Assembly: GCA_963711165.1 (NCBI GenBank)
Contig: CAVQDG010000052.1
Coordinates: forward strand, 52,927-76,926
DNA: 24,000 nt
Source: an uncultured cyanobacterium
Lineage (GTDB): Bacteria; Cyanobacteriota; Cyanobacteriia; Cyanobacteriales; PCC-9333
Direction: 5' to 3'
The notes under the pieces are model-generated. The model was not told the origin of the DNA, searched no databases, and saw only the letters and a program-made list of their open reading frames with translations. Below are positions 7,563-14,306 of this stretch, one piece after another; positions within the stretch are counted from its first letter, which is position 1, and each line of letters starts with the position of its first letter. The position numbers and the translations under genes were made by a program.

Positions 7563-8876
7563 TTAATTTCGTATTGCAATACCAGTATCTATATCAAATA
7601 AATGAATTTTATCTGGTGTTAATGATAACCAAAGTTCCTCACCAAGCCTGACAGGTCGATCTGGTGGAATTCTTACCTGTAGGTTAGATGCAGTTTTAAT
7701 ATCACTTAAGCGAACAGCTAAATAAGTTTCGTTGCCCAAAGCTTCTACTAATTCAACTTGCACTAAGAGATTTTTAGTAGCAGGAACACCAATGCTCAGG
7801 TGTTCTGGTCTAATGCCTAATAGTAAAGATTTTCCATCATATTTTTGCAATATTGGCTCCCAAAATTCTGGCAGGGTGAAGCGAAATTGGGAATGAGTAA
7901 TTACTAAAGGTGCTTTAAATTGGACAGGGATAAAATTCATTGGTGGTGAGCCAATAAATTCAGCAACGAAGCGGTTATTAGGACGGTTGTAGAGTTCTAG
8001 GGGTGTAGCAATTTGCTGAATTTGTCCAGCATTCATCACGGCAATGCGATCGCCCATTGTCATTGCTTCGGTTTGATCGTGGGTAACATAAATAGTAGTT
8101 GTACCTAGTTGCCGTTGCAATTTGACAATTTGAGCGCGAGTTTCGGCGCGAAGTTTCGCATCTAAATTAGATAAAGGTTCATCCATTAAAAAGACTTGCG
8201 GGTTACGTGCGATCGCCCGTCCCAGTGCAACTCGCTGTCTTTGTCCCCCAGATAATTGTTTCGGTAGTCGGTTTAAAAATGTTTCAATTTGTAATAGCTG
8301 GGCAACATGACGCACTTGCTGCTGAATAGATTTTTCCCTGGGAGTTGTGTAACGCAACCCTTTAGGAAGCGATCGCGTTGTTTCTACTAACAAATTCTCT
8401 GCCCATAAAGGTAAAGATTTCTTACCTTCTTCTGTCCTACTTTCTTGCTCATCTTCTCCCCTGCCCATACGTCGCAGCCCAAAGGCAATGTTGTCATACA
8501 CTGTCATGTGGGGATATAAAGCGTAATTTTGAAACACCATAGCGATGTCTCTTTCCTTGGGTGGTAAATCATTAATCAAGCGATCGCCCACCCAAATATT
8601 ACCGCCAGTTAAATCTTCCAGTCCAGCAATTACGCGCAGCAACGTACTTTTACCGCAACCAGAAGGACCAACCAATACCATAAATTCACCATCTGCGATC
8701 GCTAGGTTAATTCTTCGTAAAACCTTTGTACCTGATGCGGTCGGTGAACTATCTACTGCAATTAGTGGCGCTTCATCCGTAGGAGAAATTAAAGGTTCTG
8801 CTACTGGAGTAACAACCTGCTCATCTTTGCGAGATGAAAAGCTTTTATATACGTTTTCGATTACAACCTGTGCCAC
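7563..8876 (-). CDS. ABC transporter ATP-binding protein, MalK/UgpC (carbohydrate importer) type with C-terminal TOBE-like domain
   Basis: 437 aa. Motifs are Walker A GPSGCGKST, Q-loop MVFQNYALYPH, signature [14 protein letters not shown], Walker B VFLMDEPLSNLD and H-loop VTHDQ, with FIGSPPMNF marking entry into the regulatory domain. There are two insertions relative to E. coli MalK as I recall it. Confidence 0.92.
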   Translation of the reverse strand: MAQVVIENVYKSFSSRKDEQVVTPVAEPLISPTDEAPLIAVDSSPTASGTKVLRRINLAIADGEFMVLVGPSGCGKSTLLRVIAGLEDLTGGNIWVGDRLINDLPPKERDIAMVFQNYALYPHMTVYDNIAFGLRRMGRGEDEQESRTEEGKKSLPLWAENLLVETTRSLPKGLRYTTPREKSIQQQVRHVAQLLQIETFLNRLPKQLSGGQRQRVALGRAIARNPQVFLMDEPLSNLDAKLRAETRAQIVKLQRQLGTTTIYVTHDQTEAMTMGDRIAVMNAGQIQQIATPLELYNRPNNRFVAEFIGSPPMNFIPVQFKAPLVITHSQFRFTLPEFWEPILQKYDGKSLLLGIRPEHLSIGVPATKNLLVQVELVEALGNETYLAVRLSDIKTASNLQVRIPPDRPVRLGEELWLSLTPDKIHLFDIDTGIAIRN

Positions 8877-9002
8877 TGTAGATTCTTATACCTTGTTTAA
8901 AAAACAATTACTATATTTGCTTGGCTTATGCAGCATTATTTTAACTTGGGTAGTGCAGACAGTTCTGATACTGTTGGCGAATTAAACACCTAACCCTAAG
9001 CG

Positions 9003-9071
9003 CCCCCTTCCCTACTAGGGAAGGGGGAATTTCAAAGCCCCTCCCCTGGTAGGGGAGGGGTTGGGGAGAGG
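9003..9071. repeat. Pair of GC-rich perfect hairpins (dispersed cyanobacterial intergenic repeat)
   Basis: Hairpin 1 is cccccttcccta-c-tagggaaggggg (9003-9027). Hairpin 2 is cccctcccc-tggta-ggggagggg (9038-9060), followed by ttggggagaggtc. The pair lies between the ABC ATPase start and the Rieske gene stop. Confidence 0.8.
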
Positions 9072-9131
9072 TCAAACATCAATTCTGCCACCACCCAAGT
9101 CATAGATGTAAAGACGTAGAATGCTACGTCT

Positions 9132-10538
9132 CTACTTTTGATTATCTGGCAGATTTCGAGGTGGCACTTCCCGCCCCCGCTCAAACCGCCCCTCCAAATT
9201 TCCCAACCATAGCCATACAGAGCCTAAGCTTAAAGGAATAATCACCGAAGCAATTGTGACGAGCATCGTCGGTTGCCCAAAAGCCGAGTTAAACAAAGGT
9301 AGCATAGTTAATGCGATCGCACCGACAACCCCTATCCCCCACCTAATCCGTTTAATATTCCTAAGTGCCTGACTGCAACTAGCGCATTTAATTGTGTGGG
9401 AGTGATAACGGTCAAGTAAAACCTCTGTAGATAGAGGTGGCGAAAAGGTTTCCCCTGGAAATGGATCAGCTTGGTACTCATTCACCCACTTACGCAACGC
9501 GGTTACAAAAGTATCGGCGCGGGTGGGTAAATAAAATGCTTTAGCAAAATTAGCACCGCCACCCTTAGCTGCTAGATAACGCTCTTGGTAGTGCAGAAAG
9601 ATCTGATCATCTTCCAAAACGTTATTCTGTCCTAAATGCGAATACCAGCGCGGGGTAATTTTCAGGAATAAACCAGGCAACTTTGAGGAAAACTTAAATG
9701 GAAACCGCGCAAATATGCGACATTCTCCCTTGCGAATAGGAGTTGCGTAAACAACAGTTAAAGTTCTGCCAAATTGTTTCGATGTCAAGTCATGCCACAT
9801 TAAAGCTGGGGCAATAAAAGTTGTAAATTGTTTTCCCAGCGTACCTTTACGGGGACCTTCTTCCCAAATACCTTGAAAACCTTGCTTGTCGGCTTCTACA
9901 ACTTCCAATTCTACCGGAGCAGCATTAGTTCGATTGCCCACGGAACGATGATGAGTAAAGGGAACGTGACTAGCATCAAGAACATTTTCCAATAAAGTCA
10001 GGGCATCATAAGGTAAATCCCGAAAAGTGTTAAGGCAAATCCACTCATCAGGGGACTCCTCTATCGGTTCAATAATCGGAACTTTGACCTTAAAAGCGTT
10101 TTCCGGTTCACCTGGATAAACAAATAACAATCCTTGGCGTGTAACTGTAGGTAATGAGGCTACACAGGCTCGCTGGGATGCGTGGGCTTGGCTTTCTGCT
10201 TGCTGTTGAGGGATGCGATCGCACTTACCCTCTCCAGTAAACGCCCAACCGTGATAAGGGCATTCCAGCAACCCATCCTCAGCTATTCTGCCTTCCGAAA
10301 GTGGTGCTAGTCGATGAGGACATTGATCTGCCAACGCCCGCCAAGTATTTCCTTGTTTGTCCCACCAAATGACTAAATCTTGATCTAATAGTGTGAACTT
10401 ACTCGGTTTTGATTTGTCAAGATCCTCAATGTAGAAGACAGGATACCAAGCTTCTTTGCAGTCAAAACGAGTAGGGTCATTTCCACCAGCTAGAAACTGA
10501 TCGTTTTGTGTTGTTTCGATCCGCTTTTCAGCCAACAT
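9132..10538 (-). CDS. Rieske [2Fe-2S] non-heme iron oxygenase, PaO/Tic55/LLS1-like, membrane anchored
   Basis: 468 aa. The Rieske motif is CPHRLAPLSEG...CPYHGWAF. The mononuclear iron motif E-x3-D-x2-H-x4-H is ENVLDASHVPFTH. A C-terminal CxxC (CASCSQAL) and two C-terminal TM helices match the PaO-family layout. Confidence 0.9.
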   Translation of the reverse strand: MLAEKRIETTQNDQFLAGGNDPTRFDCKEAWYPVFYIEDLDKSKPSKFTLLDQDLVIWWDKQGNTWRALADQCPHRLAPLSEGRIAEDGLLECPYHGWAFTGEGKCDRIPQQQAESQAHASQRACVASLPTVTRQGLLFVYPGEPENAFKVKVPIIEPIEESPDEWICLNTFRDLPYDALTLLENVLDASHVPFTHHRSVGNRTNAAPVELEVVEADKQGFQGIWEEGPRKGTLGKQFTTFIAPALMWHDLTSKQFGRTLTVVYATPIRKGECRIFARFPFKFSSKLPGLFLKITPRWYSHLGQNNVLEDDQIFLHYQERYLAAKGGGANFAKAFYLPTRADTFVTALRKWVNEYQADPFPGETFSPPLSTEVLLDRYHSHTIKCASCSQALRNIKRIRWGIGVVGAIALTMLPLFNSAFGQPTMLVTIASVIIPLSLGSVWLWLGNLEGRFERGREVPPRNLPDNQK

Positions 10539-10634
10539 TATTAAAATTTACCTTGATATAAAAGTTTTTCTTTATATATCGTAACAATTTGTTCAAATTG
10601 GTAACAATAGACCTCGTGGTTCCTTAGTTAATAG

Positions 10635-10667
10635 CCCCTCCCTCCTCCCTCCTCCCTCCTCCCTCCT
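10635..10667. repeat. Tandem heptamer tract (CCCTCCT)x4 plus a partial unit
   Basis: The sequence cccct ccctcct ccctcct ccctcct ccctcct lies in the divergent promoter region between the Rieske and FAD monooxygenase genes. A HIP1 site (10670-10677) follows directly. Confidence 0.85.
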
Positions 10668-10721
10668 GTGCGATCGCTTATGCCATCTTGGTAATAACTA
10701 AGCTTTAAATATTTCCTGATT

Positions 10722-11972
10722 ATGGATAGTACTACAACCGTAAAACAAGCTGACACACCAGCAACCGCCCATGAAATTTTGGATGTACAACAAACAAATT
10801 GCTGCATTGTCGGTGGTGGACCTGCTGGTGCTGTTTTAGCCCTAATTTTGGCACGTCAAGGCATCCCCGTAATACTCTTGGAAGCTCACAAAGACTTTGA
10901 GCGTGACTTTCGGGGTGACACAATTCATCCCTCAGTCATGGAGATTATGGAAGAACTAGGATTAGCCGACCGACTCTTAGAGTTGCCCCATTCCAAGCTG
11001 CATCAATTGACTATTAATACAGAAAATGACTCAGTTACAGTAGCTGACTTCAGCCGCCTAAAAACTCGGTATCCCTACATTATGGTGACACCCCAAGTTA
11101 AATTTCTCAACTTCATCACCGAGGAAGCAAAACGTTATCCAAACTTTGAGTTAATCACAGGAGCGAATGTACAGGAAATAATTGAGGAAGATGGAATTAT
11201 TAAAGGTGTGCGATATCGTGGACATGGTGGTTGGCATGAAGTCAGGGCAGTGCTTACTGTCGGTGCAGATGGTCGTCACTCTCGCTTACGTCAATTAGCT
11301 GGCTTTGTGCCAATTGAAACATCACCACCAATGGACGTGCTATGGTTTCGTTTGCCTCGTAAAGCAGAGGAAGCTCAAGGTTTGAGTGGTCGGTTTGGTA
11401 AAGGTCATATTGTAGCTATGCTTGACCGTTCTGAACAATGGCAGATTGCCTATGTTATCCCCAAAGGTCGTTATCAACAGTTGCGGACGGCTGGTTTAGA
11501 GGCGCTACGCCACTCACTTGTGGAAGTTGTGCCAGAGTTGAGCGATAGAGTAGAACAACTGCAAGATTGGTCACAAGTTGCTTTTCTCTCAGTAGAGTCT
11601 AATCGTCTTCCGCATTGGTATCGCCCTGGACTACTGTTAATTGGAGATGCAGCCCATGTGATGTCGCCCGTTGGAGGTGTAGGGATTAACTATGCTATTC
11701 AGGATGCAGTTGTAGCTGCAAATGTTTTAAGTAATGATTTAAAAACTGGCAAAGTTAAAGTTAGTCACTTAGCTGCTGTACAGCGACAGAGAGAAATACC
11801 CACGCGGGTTATTCAAAAGTTTCAGTCTGTAGTCCAGCAGCGCATATTTGCTCGTGTTCTCAATTCAAATCCATCTTTTCAGCTACCAGCTTTTCTACGG
11901 ATACCGATTCTGCGTGACTTACCAGCTAAATTAATTGCTTTTGGCATTTGGAAAGTCCACGTTAACAATTAA
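10722..11972 (+). CDS. FAD-dependent monooxygenase (UbiH/PHBH-type flavoprotein hydroxylase family)
   Basis: 416 aa. It has an N-terminal dinucleotide fold (CCIVGGGPAGAVLALILARQG), the GADGRHS motif and the GDAAH...P.GG.G.N..I.DA motif (LIGDAAHVMSPVGGVGINYAIQDA). Confidence 0.9.
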   Translation: MDSTTTVKQADTPATAHEILDVQQTNCCIVGGGPAGAVLALILARQGIPVILLEAHKDFERDFRGDTIHPSVMEIMEELGLADRLLELPHSKLHQLTINTENDSVTVADFSRLKTRYPYIMVTPQVKFLNFITEEAKRYPNFELITGANVQEIIEEDGIIKGVRYRGHGGWHEVRAVLTVGADGRHSRLRQLAGFVPIETSPPMDVLWFRLPRKAEEAQGLSGRFGKGHIVAMLDRSEQWQIAYVIPKGRYQQLRTAGLEALRHSLVEVVPELSDRVEQLQDWSQVAFLSVESNRLPHWYRPGLLLIGDAAHVMSPVGGVGINYAIQDAVVAANVLSNDLKTGKVKVSHLAAVQRQREIPTRVIQKFQSVVQQRIFARVLNSNPSFQLPAFLRIPILRDLPAKLIAFGIWKVHVNN

Positions 11973-11997
11973 CAATTAACAATTATCAATTAACAAT
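11963..11997. repeat. Tandem heptamer tract (TAACAAT)x5, one variant unit TATCAAT
   Basis: The sequence is taacaat taacaat taacaat tatcaat taacaat. The last residues (VNN) and the TAA stop of the monooxygenase are encoded inside the tract. Confidence 0.88.
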
Positions 11998-12110
11998 TAC
12001 CCCCTTAGTGAAATTTCTGGTTTGAAATAACTAAGATTTTTTTGATTTTCCCTAACTTCACTTAGGGGCTGATAAGTAGCTCCACATTAAAAAAGATAAA
12101 ATGCCAATCT

Positions 12111-12150
12111 CCCCCTCCCCTTAATAAGGGGAGGGGGTTGGGGGGTGGGG
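12111..12150. repeat. GC-rich perfect hairpin of the same family as 9038-9071
   Basis: The hairpin ccccctcccc-ttaataa-ggggaggggg (12111-12137) is followed by ttggggggtggggt, the same stem core and ttgggg tail as 9038-9066. An imperfect 12-bp inverted repeat, ccccttagtgaa (12001-12012) / ttcacttagggg (12057-12068), lies upstream. Confidence 0.8.
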
Positions 12151-12385
12151 TAATGCGTTTAATTAGGTTGACCTACTTACCTATAGTAAAAATTTTGGGC
12201 AAAGAACATTATAACTAATTGATTGGTTAAGGAAGACAAAACTTGATTAAAAATAGTTAAGAAATATTAAATTTACCTAAAAACTACTAGATTAGCTGAC
12301 AATAAAGCCATTGGGAGGTAAAAGGTAAATTTCACTGATACTCTATTCCTACCATACAACACCATACTTCTAACTCTAACTAGCA

Positions 12386-13792
12386 ATGGCTGCGAAATCT
12401 TTGTTCTCGTTTTCTGCTGGTAAATCAGACCGTCAGGAATTAGATATCAAGCTGTGGTTGGTTTTAATTACAGGATTAGCCGTCACATTCATCATCTATG
12501 CCTTAGTACTTTCTATTAAAAGCAGCTTCTTAGGTGTACTTTTATACGAGCGTGGATTTACTCAAGTTCTAGCCATTCTGTTTGGGGCAATGGTGATGAG
12601 TATTACTACTTTAAAGCTAGTGAAAATTCAAACCGAATTAAAGGCTCTGAGAAAGGATCTTATTCCTCAGAGCGTTTCCCTAGAAGACCCCAAATCGCTC
12701 CAAGTTAAAAATCTTCAGCAATCCTTAACCAACGAGAAAAGTTTATTAGCTCGTCGTTGTAGTCGGGTTCTCGCTGCATATATAATTTCAGGAAATCGCC
12801 AAGCTGCAACTGAATTCGCTATTGAAGATTCGACCTTTTATAGCAGCACCTCAGACACTTCCTATTCCGTAGCTCGTATTCTCGTTTGGGCAATTCCCCT
12901 GTTAGGATTTATCGGGACAGTTGTTGGGATTAGCGGTGCTGTCAATGGGTTTAGTGGATTTCTGGAACAATCTGGTGATATTGAACAAATTAAGCAAGGC
13001 ATTGGTGGTGTCACCAGTGGGTTAGCAGTTGCATTTGACACCACGCTACTAGCTTTGTTTATCAGTGTGTTGGTTATGATTCCCCTAGTGTTAGTCGAGC
13101 GTCAGGAATCACGGTTATTGCTGGCAATTGATATCTACATCAATGACCAACTCTTTCCCCGCCTCAGAGAGTCTGAATCTCTCAATCAGGCGATGGTTGA
13201 CGATGCGATTGTTCAGGCATTTAAAAAACACCTTCCTTCCCCAGAGGCACTGATTCAACCTGCTCAAGAGTATGCTAAACAAGCCGCAGAAGCTTTAGCT
13301 AAAGGTTTTGTGGCTGAGGTGGGTAAAGTTCAGATGACAACCAACAAGTTGATGCAGCAGATGAATGCTTACAATCAAATGGCTGTCAAAGACCGAGAAA
13401 ACTTTCTTGCGACTTTAACCCAACAACAACAAACCAGCCAGGATTTAGTGCAAGAAATCCAGTTAATCAGCACTGCTATTCAAGAGAATTATCAAAATGT
13501 TAACTACAATTTTAATCAACATACCGAACATATCAGTAAAGAATTACAACAAGCGGCAATGGCTCTAGATAGTCGGATTGCTGCATTACAAGATTGCGCG
13601 ACTCAAGTAGCTAGGATTGCTGAACTCCAGCATAGTCTAGACCAGAGTTTGCAAGCTTTAGAACAAACTGCACAACTAGAGCGAGTGTTGGGTGAAGTGA
13701 GAACAAATCTGGCGATGTTGAAACCAGTCCTTCAACAACTTAACAAACCACGCCGAATAACTTTAGTTGAAGCTGAGGATAATTTAGCTTGA
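12386..13792 (+). CDS. MotA/TolQ/ExbB-family proton-channel protein with a long C-terminal coiled-coil tail
   Basis: 468 aa with four predicted TM helices (about aa 22-44, 58-79, 163-186 and 211-238). The last two carry MotA_ExbB-type motifs, PLLGFIGTVVGI and GLAVAFDTTLLALFISVLVMIPLV. Residues about 239-468 are Q/A/L/E-rich with no hydrophobic segment and look helical or coiled-coil. Confidence 0.8.
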   Translation: MAAKSLFSFSAGKSDRQELDIKLWLVLITGLAVTFIIYALVLSIKSSFLGVLLYERGFTQVLAILFGAMVMSITTLKLVKIQTELKALRKDLIPQSVSLEDPKSLQVKNLQQSLTNEKSLLARRCSRVLAAYIISGNRQAATEFAIEDSTFYSSTSDTSYSVARILVWAIPLLGFIGTVVGISGAVNGFSGFLEQSGDIEQIKQGIGGVTSGLAVAFDTTLLALFISVLVMIPLVLVERQESRLLLAIDIYINDQLFPRLRESESLNQAMVDDAIVQAFKKHLPSPEALIQPAQEYAKQAAEALAKGFVAEVGKVQMTTNKLMQQMNAYNQMAVKDRENFLATLTQQQQTSQDLVQEIQLISTAIQENYQNVNYNFNQHTEHISKELQQAAMALDSRIAALQDCATQVARIAELQHSLDQSLQALEQTAQLERVLGEVRTNLAMLKPVLQQLNKPRRITLVEAEDNLA

Positions 13793-13795
13793 GCT

Positions 13796-14260
13796 ATGCC
13801 AAGAAAAAGATTCCCCGCTCGGTCAACAATTGAACCTGAACTTTTCCCCTTCCTCTCAATTTTGGTTTGCACCATTGGGGTATTGATTCTATTAATTATT
13901 GTTATGACTTCTCAAACTATGAGTAGCCAGAGAAAGATTACTATTGTCGCCAAAAGCGAGAACGGACAAAATGGCAGCAAACAGCCCCGCTATATTGAGT
14001 GTCGTGGGGATGGGATTGTTCTGTATCCTAGCAAAGAATTTGTGACTCGCTCAGAGATTAGCAGTAACTCATCTCTATTACAAAACTTATTGCAAGAAAT
14101 CCAAGCTAATCAAGATACTCAATATTTAATTTTAGCAGTTAGACCTGATGGAATTGAGGTATTTAAGATGGTCAGAGTTCTAGTGGAATCACAAGGGATT
14201 AATATTGGCTACGAACCGATTGATGAGGGATGGGATTTAAATATTGAAACAGCACCCTAG
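13796..14260 (+). CDS. ExbD/TolR-like single-pass membrane protein (paralog 1; Ser in place of the TM Asp)
   Basis: 154 aa. The ATG lies 3 nt after the upstream stop (TGA gct ATG). A basic N-terminus precedes a TM segment FPFLSILVCTIGVLILLIIVM, which resembles E. coli ExbD TPFIDVMLVLLIIFM but has S21 where ExbD has Asp. The C-terminal pattern YLILAVRPDGIEVFKMVRVLVESQGINIGYEP resembles the ExbD/TolR periplasmic fold. Confidence 0.62.
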   Translation: MPRKRFPARSTIEPELFPFLSILVCTIGVLILLIIVMTSQTMSSQRKITIVAKSENGQNGSKQPRYIECRGDGIVLYPSKEFVTRSEISSNSSLLQNLLQEIQANQDTQYLILAVRPDGIEVFKMVRVLVESQGINIGYEPIDEGWDLNIETAP

Positions 14261-14306
14261 CTTGCTCCAAAACCTATTAATTTCCCCAAAGCTTTCAGGC
14301 ACTTAA

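Noticed and set aside
8545-8985. 146-aa plus-strand ORF
   Set aside because: It is almost entirely antisense to the well-supported ABC ATPase gene (7563-8876), which makes it a typical shadow ORF. I recognise no motifs in it.
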